A DNA stretch of 64,000 nt from an uncultured Pseudomonadota bacterium (GCA_963843375.1 CAWJKT010000004.1:416001-480000), one strand, 5' to 3'. Positions 10,762 to 21,578 are shown, numbered from the stretch's first letter. Made by a program: numbers and translations. Notes: generated by a model not told the origin, from the sequence alone.

Positions 10762-12768
10762 TTACTTTACTTTTTCTTTTTTGGAAGATTTGGCTTTTTC
10801 CGTTGGAGCGGGGATGGCCGCGGCTTCCGCACTTTTCTGCTTGGTCCAATTCAAAAGACCGCCGGCCAGGATGATCTCCTGTTGGCGGCCGGTCAAGCCG
10901 TGGACCACTTGAATGGACTTGCCGCTGGTCAGGTTCTTCACCGGGAAGGGATGGTCGACCTTGATGACTTGTTTCAAATCCGGAATCTCAAGCTGATCCC
11001 CCTGTGAAATCCCGTCATAGTCGGCGGCCTGCACGAAGGTGAGGGGCAGGATGCCGAAGTTGACCAGGTTGGCTCGGTGGATGCGGGCGAAACTTTTCAC
11101 GATGACCGCCTTCAAACCCAGGTACATGGGCGCCAGGGCCGCGTGCTCTCGGGAAGAGCCCTGCCCGTAATTATCGCCTCCCACCACGAAGCTTTTTCCA
11201 GCCTCCTTGGCCCTCTTGGGATAGGTGGGATCGATGATGTTGAACACAAATTCTGAGATCGCCGGGATATTCGAGCGCAAGGGCAATACCTTGGAGCCCG
11301 CCGGCATGATGTGGTCAGTCGTGATGTTGTCGGCGACTTTCAAAACGACGGGGCCCTGCAGGGTGTCGGCCAAGGGTTCGTTTACGGGCAGCGGTTTGAT
11401 ATTCGGGCCGCGCACGACCTCGACCTTCTTTGGATCCTTGGCGGGGGGGATAATGCCGTCGTCATCCCAAACGAACTTGTCGGGGATCTCAACCTTGGGT
11501 GCCTTGCCCAGGGTGGAGGGGTCGGTGATTTTTCCGGCCAGGGCGCAGGCTACGCACGTTTCAGGGGAGGCCAGGTAAACCTTAGCGTCACGCGTACCTG
11601 ATCGGCCCTCGAAATTGCGGTTGAAACTGCGGATAGAAACGCCTCCGGATGGAGGGGCTTGGCCCATGCCAATACAAGGCCCGCAGGCGGATTCGATTAT
11701 GCGGGCACCGGAGGAAATAATATCTGCCAGGGCCCCGTTTTTTGCGATCATCTCGAAAACCTGCTTGGAACCGGGTGTGACGGTCATGGATACATTGGGG
11801 TGGATATGCTTGCCCTTAAGCATCTTGGCGACCATCATTAGGTCACTATAAGAACTGTTGGTGCAGGAACCCACGCAAACCTGCTGAACGTCAATGTTCT
11901 TGAGCTTTGAAACCTCAATCACGTTGTCCGGGCTGTGGGGCTGGGCAAGGAGAGGTTCCAGCTTATTCAAGTCGATAATGAGTTCCTCATCGTAAGTCGC
12001 TCCGGGGTCGGCGGCTAAAGGCGTCCAGTCCTTGGCCCGCCCCTGGGCCTTCATATATTCACGGGTATTCTCATCGGAGGGGAAGATGGAGGTCGTGGCT
12101 CCCAGTTCGGCTCCCATATTGGTAATGGTGGCCCGAGCTGTTGCCGAGAGGCTCTTGACCCCCTGGCCGGTATATTCCAGGATTTTGCCCACTCCACCTT
12201 TGACCGTCAGTTTTCTTAGTACTTCCAGAATGATGTCCTTGGCGGTGACCCAGGGCTGGAGCTTGCCCTTGAGTTCCACCCTTAAGACCTTGGGCATCGT
12301 CATATAGAAGGGTCCGCCGCCCATGGCCACAGCCACATCCAAGCCGCCGGCACCGATAGCCAATTCCCCCACCCCCCCGCAAGTCGGAGTATGGGAATCG
12401 GAACCCAAGAGTGTCTGGCCGGGGATGGCAAAGCGTTCCAGGTGCACTTGGTGGCAAATGCCGTTGCCGGGGCGGGAAAAGTAAATGCCGTGTTTGGCGG
12501 CCACGGATTGCAGGTAACGATGGTCATCGGCGTTCTCAAAGCCGGTTTGTAGCATATTGTGGTCGACGTAGGAAACAGAAAGCTTGGTGTGGACTTGGGG
12601 AACCCCAATGGCCTCAAATTGAAGGTAAGCCATAGTGCCGGTGGCATCCTGGGTGAGAGTTTGGTCGATCTTGATGCCCACTTCCTCCCCTCCCACGGGA
12701 TTACCCGAAACCAGGTGGGCGTTAATGATCTTTTGAACTAGGTTAAACCGCTTTTCATTTGCCGCCAT
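10762..12768 (-). CDS. acn: Aconitate hydratase
   Basis: TQDATGT, DH, GICHQVH, DSHT, GSCTNS, CGPCIG, NRNFEGR, TTDHI, GSSREHA; GGAGG RBS before MAANEK. Confidence 0.93.
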   Translation of the reverse strand: MAANEKRFNLVQKIINAHLVSGNPVGGEEVGIKIDQTLTQDATGTMAYLQFEAIGVPQVHTKLSVSYVDHNMLQTGFENADDHRYLQSVAAKHGIYFSRPGNGICHQVHLERFAIPGQTLLGSDSHTPTCGGVGELAIGAGGLDVAVAMGGGPFYMTMPKVLRVELKGKLQPWVTAKDIILEVLRKLTVKGGVGKILEYTGQGVKSLSATARATITNMGAELGATTSIFPSDENTREYMKAQGRAKDWTPLAADPGATYDEELIIDLNKLEPLLAQPHSPDNVIEVSKLKNIDVQQVCVGSCTNSSYSDLMMVAKMLKGKHIHPNVSMTVTPGSKQVFEMIAKNGALADIISSGARIIESACGPCIGMGQAPPSGGVSIRSFNRNFEGRSGTRDAKVYLASPETCVACALAGKITDPSTLGKAPKVEIPDKFVWDDDGIIPPAKDPKKVEVVRGPNIKPLPVNEPLADTLQGPVVLKVADNITTDHIMPAGSKVLPLRSNIPAISEFVFNIIDPTYPKRAKEAGKSFVVGGDNYGQGSSREHAALAPMYLGLKAVIVKSFARIHRANLVNFGILPLTFVQAADYDGISQGDQLEIPDLKQVIKVDHPFPVKNLTSGKSIQVVHGLTGRQQEIILAGGLLNWTKQKSAEAAAIPAPTEKAKSSKKEKVK

Positions 12769-13019
12769 GAATGCCTCCAATAGGTATATATATGAAATAA
12801 GGATGAACAGCCTGTTTTTAGAAGGGCCCATTATGGGTCGGGGCCACCGCCCAATTCAACCCTATTAAGATTTACTGAAGTTAACAGTGAAACCAAACAG
12901 ATTTCCCTATTCGTTTTGCCTTGAAACCTATCCTAAACGCTTAAAACCAACCGTGAAAACAGGACGGTCCTTTAAATTTAAGGAAGGGACGTTTATTTTA
13001 TGTTAAAGAGAGGGAAGAT

Positions 13020-13229
13020 ATGACGACAACCACTTTAAAAATCCAAGGAATGACCTGTGACCATTGCGTCCATGTGGTCCAACAGGTCTTATCTTTACTT
13101 CCTGGGGTGAAAGGGGCACAAGTGAGTTTGAGCCAAAAACAAGCCTTGGTTGAGTCCGAAGTCCCTCTGGACTTATCAGCGGCGATCCAAGCCCTTGAGG
13201 AAGAGGGTTATCAAGCGCATGTCTCTTGA
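13020..13229 (+). CDS. copZ: Copper chaperone (HMA domain)
   Basis: GMTCDHC, 69 aa, directly upstream of P1B ATPase. Confidence 0.9.
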   Translation: MTTTTLKIQGMTCDHCVHVVQQVLSLLPGVKGAQVSLSQKQALVESEVPLDLSAAIQALEEEGYQAHVS

Positions 13230-15431
13230 GACTCTCGTCGAACCAAAAGTTTCCTCTAAAAGTCCATCTGGTTCTGTCATCCTTTCAGTGGAAGGAATGA
13301 CCTGCGCTTCTTGTGCCGCCCGCATCGAGCGAAAGTTGAGGGCCGTTCCCGGGGTCCAAGAGGCGGTTGTCAACTTTGCCTCCCAAAAAGCCTATGTCCA
13401 AACGGAATCAGAAATTCCCGTTGAAATCCTTGAATCTGTCGTCGAAAAAGCCGGATATTTGGCCAAACCCTATCTTCCCGAACAAAGGACTTACCGGATG
13501 TACCAGGCCGAGCAAAATCGGCTGGGGTGGCGCCTTATTCTAGGCGGCTTGCTCATCCTTCCTTTCCTTGCAGAACATTTATTCATGTTTTGGAAGCCAT
13601 TTCAAATCCCATTGTGGCTCCAAAGCCTCCTCGCGGCGCCGGTTTTTCTCTTCGTCGGCTGGCCCTTCCACCAAGCCGCATTAAGAGGGTTGCGGTATGG
13701 AGAAGTGACCATGGACACGCTCATTTCCCTGAGTTCCTCAGTCGCCTTTTTCGCCTCCCTTCCAGCTTTGGTGGGAATTTCAGTGGATGTTTATTTTGAC
13801 GCCGGCAGCCTTATCCTCTTTTTTGTGACCCTAGGAAGGTATCTGGAGATTTTCTCCAAGCGGCGGGCCAACCGGGCGCTGGAACTGTTGACGGACCTAC
13901 AACCCCGTGTGGCCCATGTGATTAAGGAAACCCACCAGATCGACGTGCCGGTCGAAATGGTGATCTTAGGGAACACCCTTTGCGTCAGGCCGGGTGAAGC
14001 GATTCCGGTGGACGGGAACGTTCTTGAAGGGAAGGGACGGGTGGATGAGTCCCTCTTGACAGGGGAATCGATCCCCGTTGAAAAGCGGCCGGGCAGTCCG
14101 CTTTTCGCCGGGACCATCAATGGAACCACCACTCTGAACATGAAAGCCTGGGCGACGGGGGCGGATACGGCTTTGGCCCATATCATTCGCCTGGTGGAAG
14201 AAGCCCAGGGTTCCAAGGCTCCCATTCAGAAAACGGCGGATAGGGCCGCGGCGGTTTTCGTGCCCGTGGTTTTAATCCTGGCCCTTTTCACTGCGATGGG
14301 TTGGATTCTAGTGGCCGGCCATCCGGTTACTCAAGGGCTTGCAGAGGGCGGTTTCAGTGATGGTCATCGCCTGTCCCTGCGCCCTCGGGTTGGCGACCCC
14401 CATCGCCCTGATGGTGGGCATCGGGGTGGCCGCCAAACGAAGCATCCTCATCCGTCGGGCGGAAGTGCTGGAAAAATCCACCCAATTGGACGTGATGGTT
14501 TTCGACAAGACGGGTACCCTCACCGAGGGAAAACCTCGACTGGTGGACTTGTTGGCCCTGGACGGTGAGCAGGAAGAAAAACTCCTTCGTTACGCGGCGG
14601 CCCTGGAAAAAGGGACGAACCACCCCTTGGCATCGGCCGTGTTGAGGGAAGCGATGGTTTTGGACCTGATCCTGCCCAACGTCGAGCGCGCGGTGGAGAC
14701 GGCAGGAGCGGGCGTGCAAGGTTTTGTCGAGGGGCGTGAGGTGGCCATCGGAACCAAGGCCTTCATCGAATCCCTGGAGGGAGTGGTACCCTCCACCCAA
14801 GTTCGGGCCAATGTCGAAGCCTACCGCCAGGGGGGCCAAACCGTTTCCCTTATGGCATTGGATAGGAAGATCGTCCGGCATATTCGTGATGGAAGACCCG
14901 CCCCGAGCCGATTCCAAGGAGGTGATCGGCCGCCTCAAAGGACTGGGGTTCCAGGTCCATCTCCTGACCGGCGACGGGGAAGTGGTGGCTGAAAGGGTGG
15001 GTCGAGAGCGTCGGGGTGGATGTGGTCCGGGCTAACATGAACCCCCAAGGTAAACTGGATTACATCCGTGAACTCCAAAAGAAGGGCCTTCGAAGGTGGC
15101 AATGGTGGGGGACGGTTACAACGACGCAGCGGCTTTAACCGCGGCAGACCTGGGGATCGCAATGGGGTCGGGTACGGATGTAGCCAAGGAATCGGGAGAT
15201 ATGGTGCTCATCCAGGGCGGGCTTTACAAGGTTATCGAAGCGCTCCAGGTTTCCCGCGCGACTTTTGCCATCATCCGGCAGAATCTCTTCTGGGCCTTTG
15301 CCTATAATTTGGTGGCCCTGCCCTTGGCCATCTTCGCTTCTGTGCCTCCTACCCTTGCTGCTTTGGCTATGTCTTTGTCTTCGATTTCGGTCGTGCTGAA
15401 CGCGCTGAGACTTTATGGGAAAAGATTTTAA
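13219..15431 (+). CDS. copA: Cu(I)-translocating P1B-type ATPase; ~4 frameshifts (~14340, ~14875, ~15010, ~15090), probably sequencing indels
   Basis: GMTCASC, TGES, CPC, DKTGT, HP, TGD, GDGYND, YN motifs spread over consecutive frames. Confidence 0.88.
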
Positions 15432-15684
15432 ACAATAACCGAGTTGTCAAAGACGGGGATTTGCCAAACAAAAGAAAAAGACACGCCAAAGCTTGCCCAC
15501 CGGGGAATGTCCATTGTTCATGTAAGCTTATTTCCCTTCTATCGTGAAAAAATGGCTTGATCGTAAATAAACAGGATGAAGCTTTTCAAATGAATTAAGG
15601 CATCCGGAGGACTGGATTGGACAAAGCTTTTACACTGTTTTTTATTTTGAAGGTCGAGCGGGACGGTTAAAGGCCCTAAAATAA

Positions 15685-15709
15685 ACAAGGGGCCAGCTTG
15701 GCCCCTTGT
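15685..15709. terminator. Hairpin between convergent copA and 15722-16885 genes
   Basis: Perfect ACAAGGGGCCA-GCT-TGGCCCCTTGT inverted repeat. Confidence 0.7.
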
Positions 15710-15721
15710 GTTCGAATGAGG

Positions 15722-16885
15722 TTAGTCCGACTCGGCTGTTTCGGAATTGTAAGCATTGCCTTCGGCATCGAACAAGTCGTAAGAACCATCGTTTAATTTC
15801 AACATGATTTCCAGAGGCCTGCCGTTGTCCAGGTTCGAATATTGAACACTTTGGACACCCGAAGCCAGATAAACAGGCTCAAAGGCCTGCGGATTGGCCG
15901 TATCATACAAGAAAGCGTCCCCGTCACCTGGTACGACTTTCACCATCCTCTTGCTGTCGGGGCTGTTATAAACCAAGTCGGTTGATTGCTCGGCGCCCGT
16001 CACAACCACCTGGTCATCCGCAGAATTGGCGGGGATATAGTTGTCATCGTCATAAACATAAAGCTCCCCCACGTGATAGGGATCCTGCCACCACCAATAA
16101 TTGTCGTTATAGAAACACCAGCGGTTAAAGCCAGGGTCATACCACCACCAACGGCCATCGTAATTTCGGGTCCAAAAAAACTGGTCACCCGCGTACCAGC
16201 CATACCATTGATAACCCGAATTATCGATAAAGTGGGAGTAGCTAAAACCACCGTCGGTATGCCAATAAACATGGTTTCTTTGGGTTTCATTGGCGTTTTC
16301 CCGGTCGATGCGCTGCATATAGGCCGGACGATTCACGACCGACATCTGGTTGCGCACCACGCTTCCATTAAATTGCCGGGGAGAAACCATCGATCCCTTG
16401 AAAGGCTCGCCTTTTGGGCCTGTGGAAGGATTACCAATCATCGAATGGGCGCGATCCGTGGAAACTATCTCGGAACGGTCGGCAATGTATTTGGGTTCGG
16501 TCTTCACGCCGATTTTCGACAACTTCTTACGGACATAACCCTGTTTATAGGCATGGTGATGAACGGCGGTAGCCGACCGTACTCCCGGCACGTGAGCGGT
16601 ACTCGATGGCCGAACGGCATGTGTTTTTGGAGCCGTCTGGATCCTCTGAGTTTGGCTATAGGAGGGATGGTATGCCGGGTGATAAGTATTGTCACCACTG
16701 TAGTGATTCATTTGAATCCGCACCGGCTGACGGGCTTGTGTCGAGGAATGCGTAAATGATCTGCCGCGACTATCGCCATCTCCACCGCGACTTTCTCCAC
16801 CCCTTCCAGCATGTTCTTCCGCAAAACAAACGGCAACGCCTAGAAAAAGAACGAACAACCAAGATAAACAGGTGATTTGTTTCAT
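15722..16885 (-). CDS. Secreted hypothetical protein with low-complexity N-half and Trp/Tyr-rich segment
   Basis: Signal peptide; YQWYGWY...RWWWYDPGFNRWCFYNDNYWWWQDPY; own sigma54 promoter. Confidence 0.75.
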   Translation of the reverse strand: MKQITCLSWLFVLFLGVAVCFAEEHAGRGGESRGGDGDSRGRSFTHSSTQARQPVRIQMNHYSGDNTYHPAYHPSYSQTQRIQTAPKTHAVRPSSTAHVPGVRSATAVHHHAYKQGYVRKKLSKIGVKTEPKYIADRSEIVSTDRAHSMIGNPSTGPKGEPFKGSMVSPRQFNGSVVRNQMSVVNRPAYMQRIDRENANETQRNHVYWHTDGGFSYSHFIDNSGYQWYGWYAGDQFFWTRNYDGRWWWYDPGFNRWCFYNDNYWWWQDPYHVGELYVYDDDNYIPANSADDQVVVTGAEQSTDLVYNSPDSKRMVKVVPGDGDAFLYDTANPQAFEPVYLASGVQSVQYSNLDNGRPLEIMLKLNDGSYDLFDAEGNAYNSETAESD

Positions 16886-16945
16886 GTTACCCCTTTTTTA
16901 TTATCCACTTTTGATGCGTTCGTCGATCATCAAGCAGATAGGTAA

Positions 16946-16961
16946 AGCAAGAATTGAGCCC
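16946..16961 (-). promoter_or_regulatory. sigma54 -24/-12 promoter (gene 15722-16885)
   Basis: Minus strand GGGCTCAATTCTTGCT = GG-N10-GC. Confidence 0.7.
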
Positions 16962-17000
16962 GTAAAATATTCGGTAATTCCGAAAGCCGCCGCTTTAGGC

Positions 17001-17033
17001 GATCAGAACGATAGCCTTATTCTCATTTTGGGT
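17001..17033. promoter_or_regulatory. Bipartite enhancer motif, copy 1 (most degenerate)
   Basis: GATCAGAACGATA-N7-TCTCATTTTGGGT between divergent sigma54 promoters. Confidence 0.6.
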
Positions 17034-17092
17034 TTCAACCGCTTTAAAAACCAAACAACGAACCTATTCCACTTTTAAAACCACTAGGCCCA

Positions 17093-17108
17093 TGGCTTGC
17101 TTCTTGCT
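17093..17108 (+). promoter_or_regulatory. sigma54 -24/-12 promoter (YceI gene)
   Basis: TGGCTTGCTTCTTGCT. Confidence 0.75.
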
Positions 17109-17173
17109 TTTAATCCTAGATTCCCCACTTGAGCTTGGCCTCAAGTCGCTAAATTTCACAAAGGAGAACGTAT

Positions 17174-17956
17174 ATGAGATATATGACGCTGACATTGATC
17201 TCGATCATGGGGTTGGTAACGGTTTCGACTGTTGTGGTTTTGGCCGGGGATTCCTCCCCGGTGTCAAATGAAAATCATTCCACCGAAAAAAAGTCCGCGC
17301 AAGGGAATGTCCAATGGTATGAAAAAGCCGCTGAAACGATCGGTCCAGTGGACGGCATGGCCTCCAAGGGTGAAGACAATCTCACTCTACAAGCGGGAAG
17401 TATCGCTTACATGGAGGGAAACTCCACTTTGCATAAGTACCAGATGAACGCTACTGCTTTGAAAGGTTCGGCACTTTTGAAAGCCTCCTCAAAAGATCTG
17501 GTCAAGGCTCTCAAGAATGGGAAAGTGGGTGCCATGACTTTCATGGTTCCGCTCATCAGCTTCAAGTCGAAGGACTCGGGTCTGGATAAAAACGCTTATA
17601 AAGCCCTTAAAGCCAAGGACGATCCAGAGATCAAGTTTCTATTAACAAGTGAAACCTTGAAACCCGGCAAGGACGCCGACACTTATGTGATGACTGCCAA
17701 AGGCAGCCTAGCGGTAGCAGGCGAGACAATTCCTATTATTCTTACCGCTGATACGACGTTCAAGGGAGACCAGGTCCGCCTTAAAGGAACACAACAGTTG
17801 AAATTTACGGATTTCAAAATCAAGCCTCCGTCTGCCTCGATTTTGTTTGTTACGATCACCTGCACCGATGAGTTCGAGGTTCATTATGACGTGACCTTCG
17901 GGCCAAGTAAGAGTGGAAACAAGGTGGTGGAGATTACAGGTAGTCGAGGCGGCTGA
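17174..17956 (+). CDS. YceI-family periplasmic lipid/polyisoprenoid-binding protein
   Basis: Signal peptide; EGNSTLH, LD.NAYKALKA...PEIKF, GSLAVAG, FTDFKIKPP; AAGGAG RBS. Confidence 0.85.
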   Translation: MRYMTLTLISIMGLVTVSTVVVLAGDSSPVSNENHSTEKKSAQGNVQWYEKAAETIGPVDGMASKGEDNLTLQAGSIAYMEGNSTLHKYQMNATALKGSALLKASSKDLVKALKNGKVGAMTFMVPLISFKSKDSGLDKNAYKALKAKDDPEIKFLLTSETLKPGKDADTYVMTAKGSLAVAGETIPIILTADTTFKGDQVRLKGTQQLKFTDFKIKPPSASILFVTITCTDEFEVHYDVTFGPSKSGNKVVEITGSRGG

Positions 17957-18081
17957 AAAAATTATCAAGGGATCTTATTTCTTTGAACCTCTTTTCTGAA
18001 ATGACCATGACCGGAGGTTGTCCCCTTGGCGAGCGGCCATTTCTTCGTAAATTAATTTAACAAGCAAGTAAAGGCATCAAA

Positions 18082-18783
18082 GTGTTCCACTGGCTGCAGT
18101 CCCTGCTCACCCATAACGGTTATTGGGTCGTTTTTCTGGTAGTGTTTTTGAACAACCTTTGCTTTCCTGTTCCAGGAGATTCGATGTTGTTGGGGGGCGG
18201 CTTTCTTGGGGAAAAGGGAATTCTTTCCTTGTGGGCCGTGATTGCCGCCGGTACGCTGGGGTGCTTTTTGGGTGGTAACGGCGGTTATTGGCTTGGGTGG
18301 CGTTTTGGACGTCGTTTTTTGGAAAAAAATCGCTGGCTCCAGGTTACTCCCGAAAGGGAGGAACAAATGGATCGTTTTTTCGCCAAATTCGGGGCAAAAG
18401 TTGTTTTTTTTGCACGGTTCGTGGCCTTGCTTCACCCTGTAACCGGCATCCTGGCAGGCATTGGGAAAACGCCTTTCCGCCCTTTTCTTTTTTACAACTT
18501 AATAGGAGCCTTTAGCTATTCCGCCCTCTACGCTATCGTGGGATATTTTTTTGGGCAAAGATGGGAACTTTTCAAAAGCTGGATCGGTCCTGTCGCGCTT
18601 TACACGCTTCTGATTGCCGCGGCTCTCTTTTCCCTTAGTTTGTTTTTGCAGCACTCGATTCGTGCTTTTTTTGCCGGGCTTTCCTCAAAAAAAAATCCCA
18701 CCAAAACCATAGTGAAAAAAGCCCCAAAAACTTCCCGTGAGGGTTCTTTAAACCACCCTTCATGGGTGGAAAAGAAACCATAA
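18082..18783 (+). CDS. DedA-family membrane protein
   Basis: FPVPGDSMLLGGGFL, GYWLG.RFG, FFARFV, FLFYNLIGA. Confidence 0.9.
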   Translation: MFHWLQSLLTHNGYWVVFLVVFLNNLCFPVPGDSMLLGGGFLGEKGILSLWAVIAAGTLGCFLGGNGGYWLGWRFGRRFLEKNRWLQVTPEREEQMDRFFAKFGAKVVFFARFVALLHPVTGILAGIGKTPFRPFLFYNLIGAFSYSALYAIVGYFFGQRWELFKSWIGPVALYTLLIAAALFSLSLFLQHSIRAFFAGLSSKKNPTKTIVKKAPKTSREGSLNHPSWVEKKP

Positions 18784-19122
18784 ATGGAAAAGCCTATCAA
18801 ATCGAGAGTTCCTCAGCTAAGAAAATTAACAAAGAATTGTAAAGGACTTGCCGTTTTATTGTTGGGGAGGAGTACAATCATATTGATCAAACGGCCATCA
18901 ATCCGATGGTCCACGGCCCCGGCGAATGTCCCAAGGGAATCCGAACCAATCTTTAAACCTCAATTTGGTTCAACCAACTCGGCCTTTTCAAATCACTATC
19001 ATTTAAATAAATATTTGGTGGATGTAGAAACGTCCCGCAAAAATCCCGGTCAATCTGACGGAAGTCATAATCCAAAATTTCTCGAATGAAAAAATGAGCA
19101 AGATCCTTGAAGGGAGCTGTTT

Positions 19123-20751
19123 ATGCGCGTTGAAGACCTGGACTTAAAAGAATTATTGGAGTTGGACCCGGGCGGGGGAATGGTTCATTTCGCGGGGCAG
19201 AGAGCCTTGATCTTTGATGCCGTGGCCCAGGGACTCCTCCGTAAGGAACTCATCGATGCTTATGGTGAAAGAACGGCCAGGGGTATTCTCAGTCGTTTCG
19301 GATATATCCACGGTAGGCGTCTGGCGGTAGCCTTGAAATCCAAATTCAAATGGGACACCGCAGAAGAATGGCAGAAAGCGGGAGCCAGGATTTTGGCACT
19401 TCAGGGTCTTTTTATGTTAGATCCTAACAGTCCCAATGCTTTCGGCCCCGAAGGTGGGACTTGGCGCGTTTCCTATGAAGCCGAACAACATATTCTTTTG
19501 AAGGGCCGTTCGGATAAGTCAGTCTGTTGGAACCTTTGCGGGATGATCAGCGGTTACTTGAGCTTCTGCTTGGACAAGGAAATGTACGCTCTGGAGGATA
19601 AGTGCATCGGAAAGGGCGATACGGCCTGCCATGTGGTGATCAAGTCCGAGGAAGAATGGGGAGACGAGGTTGACGGTGAATTGGCAGTTTTCAAGCGGGT
19701 GGGGATTGACGAAGCCTTGCGAGACGTTACTACCATCCTTAAACGAACGGAAAGCGAATTGCAGGAGAGAACCCGCAAGCTAACGGTCATCGCCAAAATC
19801 GAGGAGGATCCGGCCGAACTTTTGGCTCGAAGTCCTGAAATGCGTAACTTAATGGAACTGGCTAAGACCATTGCTGCCATTGACTCCACGGTATTGATTA
19901 CTGGGGAGAGCGGAACGGGGAAAGAAAGAGTGGCGCGCTTTGTCCACGATCATTCGCCACACGCGGCGGGCCCATTTATTGCCGTGAACTGCGGAGCTAT
20001 CACCGAGACCCTATTGGAAAGCGAACTTTTTGGCCATGCTCGGGGTTCTTTTACGGGCGCCACGTCGGATCGTCCGGGACTTTTTGAAGCTGCCAATGGC
20101 GGGACTCTTTTCCTTGATGAGGTTGGCGAGATCACACTTCCCATGCAGGTGAAGCTCCTTCGGGCGCTTCAGGAAAGAGAAGTGCGGCGGGTTGGCGAGA
20201 ACAAAAGCCGCCCCATCAATGTTCGCATCGTTAGCGCGACCAATAAGAACCTTAAGGTCGAGGTGGCGGAGAAAAGATTCCGGGAAGACCTTTATTATCG
20301 CCTGAACGTGGTGGAACTGGCCGTTCCTCCCCTGCGCAAGCGCCGGGAAGATATCCTACCCCTCGCACGCCTGCTTCTTGCGGAATCCGCGATCCAAATG
20401 AAAAGAGACGTCGACGGCTTGACTGCCGCGACGGCGGACCAACTGATCAGTTACGCCTGGCCTGGGAACGTGCGCGAACTGGCGAATGCCATGGAGCGAG
20501 CGGTCGCAGTGGCCAAGACGAACCGCGTTGATCTGGAGGATCTTCCTCCCGAAGTGTTAATGAAAATGCCACTGGTTTCCGACAAAGGCATTCCACGGTT
20601 TTTAAAGGATGTGGAGAAGGATTGTATCCTTGGGGCGTTGGAAAAGACGGAGGGGAACCGAAGAAAAGCCGCCGATATGATGGGTGTGGGTGTGGCGACA
20701 CTCTATCGTAAACTCAAGGCCTATAAATTGTTGGATCGGGTGAAAGATTAG
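19123..20751 (+). CDS. sigma54-dependent enhancer-binding protein with XylR-N and V4R sensor domains
   Basis: N-terminal GQRALIF and V4R Cys/Glu pattern (CW..CG..SGY, EDKCIGKGD.AC); GESGTGKE, ESELFGH, GSFTGA, LFLDE, WPGNVREL, C-terminal HTH ATLYRKLK. Confidence 0.93.
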   Translation: MRVEDLDLKELLELDPGGGMVHFAGQRALIFDAVAQGLLRKELIDAYGERTARGILSRFGYIHGRRLAVALKSKFKWDTAEEWQKAGARILALQGLFMLDPNSPNAFGPEGGTWRVSYEAEQHILLKGRSDKSVCWNLCGMISGYLSFCLDKEMYALEDKCIGKGDTACHVVIKSEEEWGDEVDGELAVFKRVGIDEALRDVTTILKRTESELQERTRKLTVIAKIEEDPAELLARSPEMRNLMELAKTIAAIDSTVLITGESGTGKERVARFVHDHSPHAAGPFIAVNCGAITETLLESELFGHARGSFTGATSDRPGLFEAANGGTLFLDEVGEITLPMQVKLLRALQEREVRRVGENKSRPINVRIVSATNKNLKVEVAEKRFREDLYYRLNVVELAVPPLRKRREDILPLARLLLAESAIQMKRDVDGLTAATADQLISYAWPGNVRELANAMERAVAVAKTNRVDLEDLPPEVLMKMPLVSDKGIPRFLKDVEKDCILGALEKTEGNRRKAADMMGVGVATLYRKLKAYKLLDRVKD

Positions 20752-20783
20752 GAACTTCGCTCAGCTAAAAAGAAAATCAATAA

Positions 20784-21482
20784 TTACGCCAAGTCAAAGA
20801 GAAGAATTTCGGTTGGCTCTATTGAGGTAAAAGAAACGCAAATTTCGCCAGAAAAACCGGCTCCATCTCCGGCTTTAAGATTTAGTTCATTTAGTGTAAT
20901 CCGGCCTTTGACCACATGAAGCCAGGCTCTCCTTCCAGGCTTCAATTCATGAATCATGTGGTTTCCCTTATGAATCAGCGTGGAATACATTTGGACGTCC
21001 TGTTGTATTTTGAGGGAATCCTCTTTTCCGTCAGATGAGGCGATAAGCCTTAGGATCCCTTTGCGCTCGGCTAGGGTGAAAAATTTTTTGCTTCCTTTTG
21101 CTTCCATCACCCCGGTACCGAGGGTAAAGCCGCTTTGGAAAACATGCGCGTCCTCGGAAGAGGAAAGATCATATGCGGAAAGTTTTGTGCCAGAGGTGGC
21201 TTTGACTCGGTGAAATTCTTGGGCCCTCAGCAATTCGGGATTTTCAAAAAGTCCTTTATATACTATAAGGCCTTCGTGGACATAACTGACGACGACCATA
21301 TCCTCGTGTGTGTGTAGGATGAATCCATGGCCTGGTGAAAGGATTTCCTCGTTGAATATCTTGAGTGATCCAAAACCTTCTTTGAGAGGATCGAACTTAT
21401 TTTCCCAGTCGAAAGTCAACCAAGTGCTTTGATTCTCGTTGGAGATATGGCGCCGTTCTTCCGATTTTCTGACCGTGATCAT
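20784..21482 (-). CDS. Pirin-family (bicupin) protein, degenerate metal site
   Basis: MITVRKSEERRH, GFGSLKIFNEE, GF.LHTH.DM, LIASSDG, LKPGRRAWLHVVKG, LLFDLA. Confidence 0.85.
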   Translation of the reverse strand: MITVRKSEERRHISNENQSTWLTFDWENKFDPLKEGFGSLKIFNEEILSPGHGFILHTHEDMVVVSYVHEGLIVYKGLFENPELLRAQEFHRVKATSGTKLSAYDLSSSEDAHVFQSGFTLGTGVMEAKGSKKFFTLAERKGILRLIASSDGKEDSLKIQQDVQMYSTLIHKGNHMIHELKPGRRAWLHVVKGRITLNELNLKAGDGAGFSGEICVSFTSIEPTEILLFDLA

Positions 21483-21549
21483 TATTTCCCCCAGGGTGCC
21501 GTTCAACTGGTCCACTTCATGAAATGTGGCTTTCGAAGCAGACCGTTTC

Positions 21550-21578
21550 AACCCAACCCAACCCAACCCAACCCAACC
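21550..21578 (+). repeat. (AACCC)5 simple sequence repeat
   Basis: Five consecutive CCC runs separated by AA. Confidence 0.9.

Noticed and set aside
13219..15431. Programmed frameshifting or true pseudogenisation of copA (also SOD, ROK, RND, gltX)
   Set aside because: Indels are scattered and also hit essential gltX; sequencing error is the simpler explanation, though it cannot be proven without reads
18784..19089. 101-aa ORF between dedA and the activator
   Set aside because: No RBS or motif; more likely the activator's upstream region
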